Part shown: positions 17,566-28,134 of the stretch, piece by piece
Numbering within the stretch: the first letter of the stretch is position 1
How the letters are laid out: every line of letters starts with the position of its first letter
Assembly: GCA_023133595.1 (NCBI GenBank)
Contig: JAGLWF010000005.1
Span: 29,640-93,639, forward strand
Origin: Nanobdellota archaeon
GTDB lineage: Archaea; Nanobdellota; Nanobdellia; Woesearchaeales; WJKV01
Reading direction: 5' to 3'
DNA: 64,000 nt
The notes under the pieces: generated by a model
Told to the model about the DNA's origin: nothing
Databases searched by the model: none
What the model saw: the letters and a program-made list of their open reading frames with translations, nothing else
Made by a program: the position numbers and the translations under genes

Positions 17566-19722
17566 TTACTCTATACAGGCCCCATCACTAACTTTCTCTG
17601 CAGAAAGATCTTCTTTTTCTGTTGCAAGCGGTTTTCCGCAACATACCACTTTGCCATCCTTTGTTGCGATCTTTAACTTGGCAAAATCATTGATTGTCAT
17701 TTCATGTGCTGGCTCTTGTGATTCTCCTTTCAAGGAAACCTTATCACCAGGTGCTGAGTTTGGCGCGATTACCAGGCCTATTCTTTGCTCTTTTCCTTTG
17801 CCTTCAACACCTGCAAGCAGCATGCCATTAGATTCTTCATCCCGAAGCATTGCTGGCTTCAGGTTTGCAATCACAATTATTTGTTTCCCGACTAATTCTT
17901 CTGGGGTATAATGTCCTTTTATTCCAGCAACAATCTGCCTTTTTCCAAGAGTTCCAAGATCAATCTGCATGACAAACAGTTTGTCAGCTTTGGGATGATC
18001 CTTTACTTCTAAGACTTTTGCGACTCTGAAATCGAATTTTTTGAAGAGTGTTCCCTCTGCTTCTTTCTTTTCTTCTTTTTCTTCTAAAAGTTTTCCTCCT
18101 GTCTTCTTCCTGTTCTCTTCAATCTTCTTCTTCACTTTTTCCACGTCGATATTATCAAACAGATGCACTGGTTTCTCGACTTTCTCTGGAACAGCATCTA
18201 TGTTTTCCCACAAGAGATTATCAACATTCAGCAACTTCTGTAGTTTTTCAGTTGCTTCTGGAAGATATGGGTGCAAAAGTACAGATAAGACTTTCAGCAG
18301 CTGTGCGCAGACTCTCAGCGTCGGCTGATTAGTCTTGTTTTTCCACGGTTCTTTTGACTGCAGATATTCGTTCCCAGCCTTTGAAAGCAGCATTATTTCG
18401 TCGAGCGGTTCTCTGATCTTTCCTTGTTTGATAAGCTGCCCGACTTTCTCTTTGCACTTCTTGATTTTCAGTAATAATTTTTTATCATCTGCAAGAACAG
18501 CTTCATACTCTGGAACTTTTCCATCGTAATATTTGTTCAGCAAATTAATAACGCGATTGACAAAATTAGAAAAGTTCGCAACCAGTTCAGAATTTACTTT
18601 TTTTGCAAAATCTTTCCACGAAAAATCAGTATCCTTATTCTCAGGATATATTCTATACAAATAGTATCTCCAGATGTCGTAGGATGGAACAGTATCGATA
18701 ATCTCGTTCAACCAGACACCGGTTCCCCGGGTTTTTGAGAATTGTTTTCCGCCAAAACCAAGATATTCATTAGAGACAATAATATCTGGAACATTAATAT
18801 TTCCATGTGCTAAAATAAACGCGGGTAACAGGATAGTATGGAACGGAATATTATCCTTGCCTAAACAAAAGTAAGATTTCTCGATAGGTTCCTGCCAGAA
18901 TTCCTTGAACTTTCCCCGCATCACAACAGTCGACAGGTAACCAAGTACAGCTTCTGCCCAGACATAGATGCATTTGTCCTCCAATCCTGGAAACGGTGCA
19001 GGAATTCCCCACGACAGGTCACGCGTTATAGGCCGCTGGTTAAGGCCTTCTTCAAACCATCGCTCTGTGAAATGCACAACCCGAGGCTGCCATTCTGCTT
19101 TTTTAGTGTCAACATACTCCCAAAGTTTTGGAACAATCTTTGGAAGATCAAAATAACCAGTCTTTGTATCTTTGAATATTGGTGTTGCGCCGCATTCAGA
19201 ACACTTAGGCTCAACAAGATCTGTTGGATCCAGGATCCGTCCGCATTCATCGCATTGATTGCCTAATGCTTTATCATTACCACAATGCGGGCATTTACCT
19301 ACTACAAATCTGTCTGGCAAGAACCGTTTGCATCCGTCACAGTAAGGAAGAGTCTCGTCTTTGACTTCAATATAACCATTGTCCCAGACTTTCTTGTAAA
19401 ACTCCCGGACAAATTTGATATGTTCCGGATGTGTTGTAAAAGAGTAATTAGTAAAACTAAATTTCAATTTGTTCAGTATTACATCTGACACAATCTTATG
19501 GTTCATATCAACCAATTCTTTTGGGGTGATGCCTAGCTTTTTCGCTTCAAATTCCATCTGCGCGCCGTGCTGGTCGCTTCCTGAAACCATCTCTACTTCA
19601 TACCCCAGCTGTCGGTAAAACCGAGCAATGACATCAGCTGAAAGCATGCAGATTATATTCCCCAGGTGTGAAACCGCATGCACATACGGCCACGCTGCAC
19701 AAACTAATATTCTCTTTGCCAT
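17566..19722 (-). CDS. metG: Methionyl-tRNA synthetase with a C-terminal Trbp111/EMAP-like tRNA-binding domain.
   Basis: HIGH-region PYVHAVSHLGN, Cys4 knuckles CPHCG...CDECG / CSECG, C-terminal FDFRVAKVLEVKDHPKADKL. TATA box at 19745-19755 upstream. Confidence 0.9.
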   Translation of the reverse strand: MAKRILVCAAWPYVHAVSHLGNIICMLSADVIARFYRQLGYEVEMVSGSDQHGAQMEFEAKKLGITPKELVDMNHKIVSDVILNKLKFSFTNYSFTTHPEHIKFVREFYKKVWDNGYIEVKDETLPYCDGCKRFLPDRFVVGKCPHCGNDKALGNQCDECGRILDPTDLVEPKCSECGATPIFKDTKTGYFDLPKIVPKLWEYVDTKKAEWQPRVVHFTERWFEEGLNQRPITRDLSWGIPAPFPGLEDKCIYVWAEAVLGYLSTVVMRGKFKEFWQEPIEKSYFCLGKDNIPFHTILLPAFILAHGNINVPDIIVSNEYLGFGGKQFSKTRGTGVWLNEIIDTVPSYDIWRYYLYRIYPENKDTDFSWKDFAKKVNSELVANFSNFVNRVINLLNKYYDGKVPEYEAVLADDKKLLLKIKKCKEKVGQLIKQGKIREPLDEIMLLSKAGNEYLQSKEPWKNKTNQPTLRVCAQLLKVLSVLLHPYLPEATEKLQKLLNVDNLLWENIDAVPEKVEKPVHLFDNIDVEKVKKKIEENRKKTGGKLLEEKEEKKEAEGTLFKKFDFRVAKVLEVKDHPKADKLFVMQIDLGTLGKRQIVAGIKGHYTPEELVGKQIIVIANLKPAMLRDEESNGMLLAGVEGKGKEQRIGLVIAPNSAPGDKVSLKGESQEPAHEMTINDFAKLKIATKDGKVVCCGKPLATEKEDLSAEKVSDGACIE

Positions 19723-19765
19723 AGAGAAGAAAATAAAAGAATTCGTATATAAAGGTTGCTATCCT

Positions 19766-20491
19766 CTATACTTCAAACAGATACTCTTTCTTTATCTCTT
19801 TTCCATCCACTTCAATCACGCGGATGATCTTGCCTTTTCTTTTAGCTTTTAGCCTGGCTTCTAGTGGATCTTTTGCAGCAAGTTTTTCGTCCAGAAGTAT
19901 CTCCTCAAATTTATAGGTATGTCTGACAACAACTGATTTGAAATCAGAGATGCCGCAGTCAAACAGGAATTCGTCAATGACATCTTTCATATGATCTGCA
20001 GGAATAACTACTGACACAAATTTCTCGACAAGACTTCCTATCTTTGGTGTTTCTTTCTTCTTCATTTTTACAGAATAATTTCCACCTTTCATATCAAGCA
20101 TCAGATAGAAATCATACAATTGATCAATTAATTTTCTAACAGTGTCTGCTGGTAATGTGGTGTTCACTTCATATTTCCTTCCTTTCTTCCCATACCTTCT
20201 TTTCTCTTCAAAATCAACACCCAACTTCTTCAACTCTGGAGCAACATCCCTAGTTGTAGGGATAGTGCCGTTTACACTGACAACACCAGAGCAGAAAGAT
20301 GCCACAAACTTAAGCAGGGCATTGCACCATTCAAACCCGCCCCTAATCTTGATATTTTTTCCAATTTTTTTGACAATAAATTCTTCTTTTACAAATTCAC
20401 CAGGCCCATATCTTACAAAAGCATTATGAGTATAATTATCGGTCTTTTTAGTAGCAATCTGTTTTATGAAATTCATATTATCACCTTCCAC
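19766..20491 (-). CDS. Hypothetical protein (241 aa).
   Basis: ORF track. No recognisable motif. Confidence 0.5.
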   Translation of the reverse strand: MEGDNMNFIKQIATKKTDNYTHNAFVRYGPGEFVKEEFIVKKIGKNIKIRGGFEWCNALLKFVASFCSGVVSVNGTIPTTRDVAPELKKLGVDFEEKRRYGKKGRKYEVNTTLPADTVRKLIDQLYDFYLMLDMKGGNYSVKMKKKETPKIGSLVEKFVSVVIPADHMKDVIDEFLFDCGISDFKSVVVRHTYKFEEILLDEKLAAKDPLEARLKAKRKGKIIRVIEVDGKEIKKEYLFEV

Positions 20492-20584
20492 CTAAGATAA
20501 AGTCCTTGCTTTTAACCTTTTTGTTTTTATTTTGTCAAAAACCTATAGGTTTTTGAATACTCAAAAATCTATTTAAATAGAATT

Positions 20585-21391
20585 TTATTGTTTAAATAGA
20601 AGCTTCTTCAGTTCCTTCTCAAGCATCAAGACTGCTTTTTTATCAAACGCAGGAACCTCTTTGCACTCTTTCTTCAAGAAACTCCCGATGTATTTATCAA
20701 GCATAGGAATATTGTCTATTATCTGCTTCTCCCTTCCGCTCTTCTTCAGTTCAATTATCTTCAATATCCGGTCACGGATAGTCTTCGGCAAAAACTTCGC
20801 TTTCTTGACAGTATCTGCAAAATCAATAGGCGGAACTTTGCCTGTTTTCTGGACATAAGTTGCATTAACTAATCCGCGTAGAGCATAAAGATATTTTTTA
20901 TAGCTCACGTGCGCTTTTGATTTGATATATTTCTGATAATTCTGCCTAGACAGGCTTTGGTAATGATAGAACAATGAAATTTTCTTGAAATGATTGAATG
21001 CAAACTCCTGGAAAACCTTAGTCTGTTTTCCATGGTAGACAATATCAGACTTCAGCCATTCAATAGCTGTCGGATTTGAATTGATAAGCAATTTCAAATA
21101 TTTTATAACATCAAAACCAACAATATCTATGAAACATCCTTTTGCAGGATGCGGTTTCCCTTTTTCATCGTAGAATTTTTCAATCACATCTTTTGGCTGG
21201 GATAATGATATATATTTCTCTAGAGGATGATAATAGACAAAACGAACATCATAGTCACTATCTTCAGATTCCATCCTCCACGCCCGGCTGCCATTCTCTA
21301 CTGCAAAAAGTATCTTGACCTTCTTCTCTTTCTCGATCTGTTTGCATAATTTCTTGACCAATGGTGTTTTTGGAACATTTGCTTTTGTCAT
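20585..21391 (-). CDS. Predicted nucleotidyltransferase (PF10127-like).
   Basis: Motif LFAVENGSRAWRMESEDSDYDVRFVY is typical of this nucleotidyltransferase family. Confidence 0.55.
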   Translation of the reverse strand: MTKANVPKTPLVKKLCKQIEKEKKVKILFAVENGSRAWRMESEDSDYDVRFVYYHPLEKYISLSQPKDVIEKFYDEKGKPHPAKGCFIDIVGFDVIKYLKLLINSNPTAIEWLKSDIVYHGKQTKVFQEFAFNHFKKISLFYHYQSLSRQNYQKYIKSKAHVSYKKYLYALRGLVNATYVQKTGKVPPIDFADTVKKAKFLPKTIRDRILKIIELKKSGREKQIIDNIPMLDKYIGSFLKKECKEVPAFDKKAVLMLEKELKKLLFKQ

Positions 21392-22191
21392 GTCAGCCTC
21401 TTCACTTCAATTGAGATCGCATCTTTATTTACTTTGTTATATCTAGGACATTTCACATGTTCGTATCTGTTTGCTTCACAATATTCAATGATTTTATTCA
21501 TCTCATCTTCATTCTCAAACTCAACAACAACACATATCCCATTAGATTCAGGGTATAGTATCTTGAAATCTTTCAGATCTGCCTTGATCTTGTTGCAGTG
21601 CTGTCGAAACAAACTATACCTATCTGCCAATCGATCCAGTTTCCGATTTAAAAGCTTGATCATGGAAGCATCAAGTTCATGTTCAAACCTATCAAACATT
21701 GTTGATGCTAATTCCCAGATCTCCTTATTGTTTGTCGCGAAAAATCCTCCATGTCCAAGATCAACAGGTTTCCATTCACTGAAACTCCCAACAACAATAT
21801 CAGCACCAGACATCTCCACATCAGCATTGCCTATGCTTCCAGATGCATCAAGGATAAAGAAAGATACATTATTTCGTACCATTTTTAAATCGTGCTGCAC
21901 AAAATATCCCCCAGGCTGTGTCACAACATAAGCTGTAGCAGTATCGCTGTCAAAAGATTCTTGTGTGATCATTGCATCTTTAGTCGGATATTCATCGAAT
22001 GGCACACCTAATTTCTTAGGATAATCTTTGTACTTGAACCATCCACCCTGGTCAGGGATACGTAGATGATAACCCATTGTAGAAACGACATAGAATGCTG
22101 CATAGATTGCATTATTCCCTCTCTTCAATATCTTGACATATTTGCATCCTGTCAATTTTTTCAGTTTCTCAATCACTTTTTCCATTTTCAA
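21388..22191 (-). CDS. Hypothetical protein (267 aa). A segment weakly resembles the PLP-lysine region of class V aminotransferases / cysteine desulfurases.
   Basis: DASGSIGNADVEMSGADIVVGSFSEWKPVDLGHGGF versus the canonical DAAQSVG...GVDF..FSGHK..GP.G.G. The protein is too short for a full fold-type I enzyme. Confidence 0.45.
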   Translation of the reverse strand: MKMEKVIEKLKKLTGCKYVKILKRGNNAIYAAFYVVSTMGYHLRIPDQGGWFKYKDYPKKLGVPFDEYPTKDAMITQESFDSDTATAYVVTQPGGYFVQHDLKMVRNNVSFFILDASGSIGNADVEMSGADIVVGSFSEWKPVDLGHGGFFATNNKEIWELASTMFDRFEHELDASMIKLLNRKLDRLADRYSLFRQHCNKIKADLKDFKILYPESNGICVVVEFENEDEMNKIIEYCEANRYEHVKCPRYNKVNKDAISIEVKRLT

Positions 22192-22193
22192 TC

Positions 22194-23132
22194 TTATTTC
22201 GATTTCTTGAACTTTGCAACAAAAAATCCTTCTGTATCATTATCCTGCGGCCAGATACGAAGACATTTCCTGACATCTGGATGATACTTTTCTCCTTCAA
22301 ACTCAAGAACAGGAGGACTTCGTTTGATATCAAGCAAAATATTCTGCATTCTCATATCTTTAAATTTGTTCAGCACATGCGAAACAATGCCTTCGTTCTC
22401 TTCTGGCTCGCATGAACAGGTTGAATAAACCATTGTCCCGCTTGGTTTTAATAATAAATATGCAGTCTCGACTAATTGTTTCTGCATGCCTGCTAATCTC
22501 TTGACCATGATTGGATTCCAAATTCGCACAGTTTTGTAACTCTTTCTTATTGTTCCTGTTCCTGAACACGGGGCATCAACAAGAATCCGGTCAAACATCA
22601 ATCCTTTGTCCTTGAACTGCTGTCCTTTCATCCGTGTGATGATCGCGTTTGTTATTCCGCAACGTTCCATATTGATTCCTAAAGATTTCATCCGGTCACT
22701 GGAGATGTCATTCGCAACAATCAGGCCTTTGTTCTTCATCATTGCTGCGATCTCTGTTGTCTTGCTTCCTGGTGCAGCACACATATCCAGCACACGCTCT
22801 CCAGGTTTTGCACCTAGTGCTAAAGGAGGGATCATGCTTGCAGCTTCCTGGACATAGATATAACCTAAAGAATGTTCAATTGTATTTCCAATATCACGTC
22901 TTCCTTCTTTATGTTCTATCCAGAAGCCTTCCTTGCACCACATAACCTGCTTCAGGTTCCAGTTCTTCATTCTTTTCTTCAGTTCTGCAACAGAAATCTT
23001 CAAAGTGTTCACGCGAATCGACCTTCTGAGATACTCCATAGATATTTTTTCAAAAGTCTTCCAGTCAGTAAGGGCGGAGTATCTATCTACAAATTTAGGC
23101 TTGAATTCTAGTTTTGATGCTTCTTCTGCCAT
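22194..23132 (-). CDS. NOL1/NOP2/Sun-family RNA cytosine-C5 methyltransferase.
   Basis: SAM motifs DMCAAPGSKT, DAPCSGTG and the catalytic Cys region YSTCS. Confidence 0.85.
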   Translation of the reverse strand: MAEEASKLEFKPKFVDRYSALTDWKTFEKISMEYLRRSIRVNTLKISVAELKKRMKNWNLKQVMWCKEGFWIEHKEGRRDIGNTIEHSLGYIYVQEAASMIPPLALGAKPGERVLDMCAAPGSKTTEIAAMMKNKGLIVANDISSDRMKSLGINMERCGITNAIITRMKGQQFKDKGLMFDRILVDAPCSGTGTIRKSYKTVRIWNPIMVKRLAGMQKQLVETAYLLLKPSGTMVYSTCSCEPEENEGIVSHVLNKFKDMRMQNILLDIKRSPPVLEFEGEKYHPDVRKCLRIWPQDNDTEGFFVAKFKKSK

Positions 23133-23223
23133 AAAAAAGAACTAGAATCATGCTATTATAAAGGTTTTGCTTCATCCACAAGATTTATATAGATTAGAAC
23201 CTACAAAACAATCAGGTGATCAG

Positions 23224-23730
23224 ATGACAGTACTAAGCAGGAAATTTCTACAGAAGGAGATTAAGGCAAAGAGATTAGTCATAAGTCCGTATAATCCTAA
23301 GAATGTTGGTCCTGGTTCTATTGATCTGACTCTAAGCAACACAATCAGAAAGTTCAAGGAGATATGGCGGACGTTTGATGTGAATGAAGCTGCTGATTAC
23401 AAGAATATAACAGAGAAAGTAAAAATCAAAGAATATTATATAATGGAGCCAGAAGAGACAATACTTGCGATCACAAAAGAAAAAATAACATTGCCAGAAG
23501 ATTTATGCGGTTGGATCTTCACAAGAAGCAGGTTCGCAAGATTAGGCTTGATAACAGACACTTCATTTGTCCAGCCAGGAAGTTCGAACAAGCCTGTTCT
23601 GGAGATACATAATCTTGGTCCACGACCATTGGCAATATATCCAGGAACAAAAGTATGCCAGATAGTTATCGGACAGACAAAAGGTGCTGCAAAGTACAAA
23701 GGAAAGTTCAAACTACAGAAAGATGTTTAG
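23224..23730 (+). CDS. dcd: dCTP deaminase (dUTPase superfamily).
   Basis: GSIDLTLSN...RSRFARLGLITDTSFVQPGSSNKPVLEIHNLG. ORF track starts at 23167. The Met at 23224 is preferred, with a TATA at 23184-23191. Confidence 0.7.
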   Translation: MTVLSRKFLQKEIKAKRLVISPYNPKNVGPGSIDLTLSNTIRKFKEIWRTFDVNEAADYKNITEKVKIKEYYIMEPEETILAITKEKITLPEDLCGWIFTRSRFARLGLITDTSFVQPGSSNKPVLEIHNLGPRPLAIYPGTKVCQIVIGQTKGAAKYKGKFKLQKDV

Positions 23731-25391
23731 ATTTTCTTGACCATATATGGTCCTTCTTTTTTATAACCTTTCTTCTTGTAATAATTTTTCACACCAATAC
23801 CGGATATGACCACCATCTTTTTCTTTTTATTCTTCTTTGCAAGATCTTCTGCAGTCTGCAAAAGCAGCTTGCCCATCCCTTTATGCTGTATTTCTCCTCT
23901 TTTTCCGATCTGCGCAGCAGCGCCATAGACATGAAGCTCCCTTATGAGGGCAGAATCTTTTGTGATCTCTTTTCGTAGAGCTTTGGCTGGTAATCTCATT
24001 CGCAAGAAACCATAGATATGATTCCTGTCTTCGATTGAGATAAAGAATTCCTGCCCTCCAGAAGCTTCGTAATTATTGATTATCAGTTCCTGTTTGCCGT
24101 CTCGTTTGAAGTACGGCATTGGTTCCCGGCACCGGATACATTTGCATTTCCACTTTTTCTTTTTCATTTCTTTTTCAATGTACTGTCGAAGATTAGTTCT
24201 CTTGACACCAGCCTCAATCTCACGCGAAGAGATATCTCGCTGGATTCGCATTATTCTGCAGTACTCAGGGACATGTCTCTTGAAATTTGCAATCAATCTG
24301 GCAGCACTGTCTGTAGTCAATGGATTATATTCTTCATTCTTCCATCTGTCGTACAACTTTGTCCCACGAATAACCATGCACGGATAGATCTTAAGCATAT
24401 CCGGCCTGAAACTAGGATCCCAGAACAATTGCTTCATCCCTTCGAAATCTTTTTTCATGGAAAGGCCAGGAAGTCCAGGCATGTAGTGCGCATTTATCTT
24501 AAGACCAAGATCTTTCAATATCTTGAATGATTTGATAGTGTCCAGAACAGTATGCCCTCTCTCGATCTCCTGCAAAGCTTCGTCATAGACAGACTGGACT
24601 CCGACTTCAACACGAGTCGCACCTAATCTCAACATTTCATTCGCATGCTTCAGCATAGCATAATCCGGGCGTGTCTCAATTGTCAGACCAACGCATTTGA
24701 TCATAGAATCTTCATTTCTTTCCTGTTCTGTCTCAAGCTTCACATCTTTTGAAGCGCCTTTCATCTTCAGGAGCCGTTGATGGATCCGTTTCACTCTCTC
24801 AGGAGCTCCAACCTCGCCAGGCATCTCAAACAATCTTTTGAACAAATCAATGTCAAGTTCCCCATCGTCAAAGAAAACATCAGAGAAATCATTCATTGCC
24901 TTGAATGCGAATTTGATAAAGTTGTCACGATATGTTTTTGGATAAGAAATAAAAGTCCCTCCCATAATGATCAGTTCAATCTTTTCAGGAAGATGTCCCA
25001 TCACAATATATTGTTCCAGGCGATTGATAACTTGAAGATACGGATCATACTTGTTCCGGATACCACGCAATGTTGCTGGTTCGTGCCCAGTATAGGATTG
25101 AGGGACATCACCAAAAACAGAACCAACACCACCAGGACAGTAAGCGCATTTGCCGTGCGGACATTTGTAGGGCTTTGTCATGATTGCAACAACAGCAACA
25201 CCAGACCCAGTACGCACAGGTTTTGTCTTCAGTTCAACATCAGTATTCAGTTGGACCTGGATATCTGTAGGAACTTTCTTCATATTATGCTTTTTGCAGA
25301 GCTTGACTTTTAGCTTAGCTAGCTCTATCTTAGATAGTTGTTTCTGCTTCAGAGCTGTTTCTAGCTCTTTATAAAATCCAGCCTCACTCAT
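23727..25391 (-). CDS. elp3: Elp3-family radical-SAM / GNAT acetyltransferase (tRNA U34 modification).
   Basis: Radical-SAM Cys cluster KPYKCPHGKCAYCPGG, C-terminal GNAT fold (HVYGAAAQIG...GMGKLL). Size 554 aa is typical. Confidence 0.85.
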   Translation of the reverse strand: MSEAGFYKELETALKQKQLSKIELAKLKVKLCKKHNMKKVPTDIQVQLNTDVELKTKPVRTGSGVAVVAIMTKPYKCPHGKCAYCPGGVGSVFGDVPQSYTGHEPATLRGIRNKYDPYLQVINRLEQYIVMGHLPEKIELIIMGGTFISYPKTYRDNFIKFAFKAMNDFSDVFFDDGELDIDLFKRLFEMPGEVGAPERVKRIHQRLLKMKGASKDVKLETEQERNEDSMIKCVGLTIETRPDYAMLKHANEMLRLGATRVEVGVQSVYDEALQEIERGHTVLDTIKSFKILKDLGLKINAHYMPGLPGLSMKKDFEGMKQLFWDPSFRPDMLKIYPCMVIRGTKLYDRWKNEEYNPLTTDSAARLIANFKRHVPEYCRIMRIQRDISSREIEAGVKRTNLRQYIEKEMKKKKWKCKCIRCREPMPYFKRDGKQELIINNYEASGGQEFFISIEDRNHIYGFLRMRLPAKALRKEITKDSALIRELHVYGAAAQIGKRGEIQHKGMGKLLLQTAEDLAKKNKKKKMVVISGIGVKNYYKKKGYKKEGPYMVKKI

Positions 25392-25425
25392 ACTAAGAAT
25401 ATCCTATGATAACTCTTTAAAAAGG

Positions 25426-28029
25426 TTATGCGTGCCCCCGAACCATCTTCCAAATCTCCCTGATCACAAAGATAGACACTGCGATCAGGATCACAAAACC
25501 CCAATCGTAGAGATTAAGAGGCACTGTCCTGAAGAACTGGTTCAGTGGAGTATAGATTACTGCGATCTGCAGGAAAAGGGATATGATAACTGCATACCAT
25601 AATTTCTTATTTGCCCATACACCGACCTTAAACAATGAATGATGCAGTGATCTGCAATTAAACACATGCACCAGTTGGAACATCACTAGTGTTGTGAATG
25701 CCATTGTCCGTGCATAATCCATCTGCACTGCAGGCTTGTAGAGCCAATAAATTCCAAGAGTGCCAATACACATTATAATACCAATGATGATTACTCTCTG
25801 CAGGCCATGATTCCCAAGGATCTTTGTCTCTTTTTTTCTCGGTGGACGTTCCATCACACCTGGTTCTTTTGGGTCCACACCCAAAGCAAGAGCAGGAAGC
25901 CCATCAGTGATAAGATTCATCCATAGGATCTGGATTGCGATCAATGGATAACCAATCTTCATCAGTACACCTAAGAAAACTGCAAGAACTTCGCCTGCAT
26001 TGCACGATAATAAGAACTCAACAAACTTTTCTATGTTGTCATATATAGTACGTCCTTCTTCAACAGCATTGACAATAGATGAAAAATTATCATCAGTAAG
26101 TATCATATCAGAAGCTTCTTTTGAGACGTCTGTTCCAGTGATACCCATTGCAATGCCAATGTCAGCTGCTTTCAATGCAGGCGCGTCATTCACACCATCA
26201 CCGGTCATTGCAACAACATGACCGTTCTTCTGCAGAGCTTCTACAATCCTCATCTTATGTTCAGGGTCTACGCGTGCATAGATAGCAATCTTATCAACAA
26301 CATCAGCAAGATTTCCCATCTTGTCCAGTTCTTCCCCTGTAACAGCACGCCCTTCAATACCTAATTCTTTTGCAACAGCTTTTGCAGTCTCTATGTAATC
26401 ACCAGTTATCATGACAACCTTGATCTTTGCAGTCTTACATTTTGCAACAGATGTTATTGCTTCTTTCCGTGGCGGATCAATCATGCCCTGCAGTCCGACA
26501 AATATCAAACTTTCTTCTGTGACTTTTCCAAACTTCACTTCTTTATACGCAAAACCAAGAACACGCAATGCCTGCCTTGCAAATATCTTATTCTGTTCAA
26601 GAGCTTTTGCTTTCAGGTCACGCGAAAACACGCGCGCCTCTCCATCAATCAGCACTTTTGTGCATTTTAGGATAATCACATCAGGCGCACCTTTTACTAA
26701 TGCAAACTTTTTTCCTTTAATCTTGTGCACTGTTGTCATCAGTTTCCGTTTAGAATCAAATGGAAGCTCTTCAATACGCAGACTAGTCTTTTCCAGGTCA
26801 ACTTTCACAAGTCCTTTTTTTGCGGCACTCACCAAAAGCGCAACTTCTGTAGGATCTCCAACAACCTCTTCACCAAGAGAACCATTATTGCACAACACCC
26901 CAATCTTCAATAATTGTTTCAGGCTCGGACTGTCTGCACTGAACTTTCCTTCTGTGCTATAGCCGTCGCCAGTGACAGTTAGCTCTTTACCATCGACAAA
27001 CACTTTTGTCACAGTCATCTCATTGTGCGTCAATGTCCCAGTCTTATCAGAACATATCACAGTTGTACATCCTAGTGTCTCAACAGACGGCAAAGTACGT
27101 ATCAATACATTCTTCTTTGATAATTTCTGCATGCCTAAAGATAGTGTGATCGTGACAACAGCTGGAAGTCCTTCTGGAACAGCTGCAACAGCAAGACTGA
27201 TAGATGCTAGAAAGATTTCCATCAATGGATATCCAGAAGAATAACCAGTAAAAAAGACAATACCACAAATGAGAATCACAAACACTGCAAGCAATTTAGA
27301 GAATCGTTTTAATTTCAATTGCAATGGTGTTAGCGGAGATTTTGCAGATTCAATTGACTTTGCAATCTTTCCCAGCTCTGTTTTCATTCCTGTTTCTGTG
27401 ACAATAGCTTTTCCATGGCCGCGAGTGACAATAGTTCCTGCATACAACATGCTTGCGCGATCACCCAGTGCGCAAATCTTTTCCATTGCATGTTCTGTCT
27501 TATCATTAGGAACACTTTCCCCAGTAAGAGAAGCTTCTTGCGTCTGTAATGCTATAGCTTCGATAATACGAGCATCTGCTGGAATCTTCCCCCCCTCTTC
27601 AATGATAAGTATATCCCCAGGCACAATTTCTGTTGCATCGATCCGTTCCTGCGAACCACTGCGAAGGACAAGAGCTTTCAGCGAAGCTAACTTCTGCAGG
27701 GCTTCGATCGATTTCTCAGCTTTGAACTCTTGATAGAAACCAAGCACTGCATTAAGAATCAAAATAATAGCAATCACAGTCATATCAATATATTCTCCAG
27801 TGATCCCAGAGATGACTGTGGCAAATATCAGGATCCAGATCAGGAAATCCTTGAACTGTGAAAGAAATATTTGTAGTGCAGAAATATGCTTCTCTCTCTT
27901 GATCTCATTCTTGCCATACTTCTCCAACCTTTCTCTTGCATCTTCCTCAGAAATCCCGCTCACGCTGCCATTGAGTTCACTGATTACCTTGACAACAGGT
28001 GTCTTATAGTATTCCATTTCACCTCTCAT
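25426..28029 (-). CDS. P-type cation-transporting ATPase, P2A-like Ca2+-ATPase.
   Basis: Motifs TGES, DKTGTLT, PEGLP, GDGVNDAPAL and about 10 TM helices. The real start may be the Met at 28017. Confidence 0.85.
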   Translation of the reverse strand: MRGEMEYYKTPVVKVISELNGSVSGISEEDARERLEKYGKNEIKREKHISALQIFLSQFKDFLIWILIFATVISGITGEYIDMTVIAIILILNAVLGFYQEFKAEKSIEALQKLASLKALVLRSGSQERIDATEIVPGDILIIEEGGKIPADARIIEAIALQTQEASLTGESVPNDKTEHAMEKICALGDRASMLYAGTIVTRGHGKAIVTETGMKTELGKIAKSIESAKSPLTPLQLKLKRFSKLLAVFVILICGIVFFTGYSSGYPLMEIFLASISLAVAAVPEGLPAVVTITLSLGMQKLSKKNVLIRTLPSVETLGCTTVICSDKTGTLTHNEMTVTKVFVDGKELTVTGDGYSTEGKFSADSPSLKQLLKIGVLCNNGSLGEEVVGDPTEVALLVSAAKKGLVKVDLEKTSLRIEELPFDSKRKLMTTVHKIKGKKFALVKGAPDVIILKCTKVLIDGEARVFSRDLKAKALEQNKIFARQALRVLGFAYKEVKFGKVTEESLIFVGLQGMIDPPRKEAITSVAKCKTAKIKVVMITGDYIETAKAVAKELGIEGRAVTGEELDKMGNLADVVDKIAIYARVDPEHKMRIVEALQKNGHVVAMTGDGVNDAPALKAADIGIAMGITGTDVSKEASDMILTDDNFSSIVNAVEEGRTIYDNIEKFVEFLLSCNAGEVLAVFLGVLMKIGYPLIAIQILWMNLITDGLPALALGVDPKEPGVMERPPRKKETKILGNHGLQRVIIIGIIMCIGTLGIYWLYKPAVQMDYARTMAFTTLVMFQLVHVFNCRSLHHSLFKVGVWANKKLWYAVIISLFLQIAVIYTPLNQFFRTVPLNLYDWGFVILIAVSIFVIREIWKMVRGHA

Positions 28030-28134
28030 TTAAAAAGAAGGTCTATATCTATAAATATGTTTCTATAATATTAAGAAAAGAAAGATTTATTATAATGTAT
28101 TGTAATATAGATATGAATTCGAGGAAAGCAATAA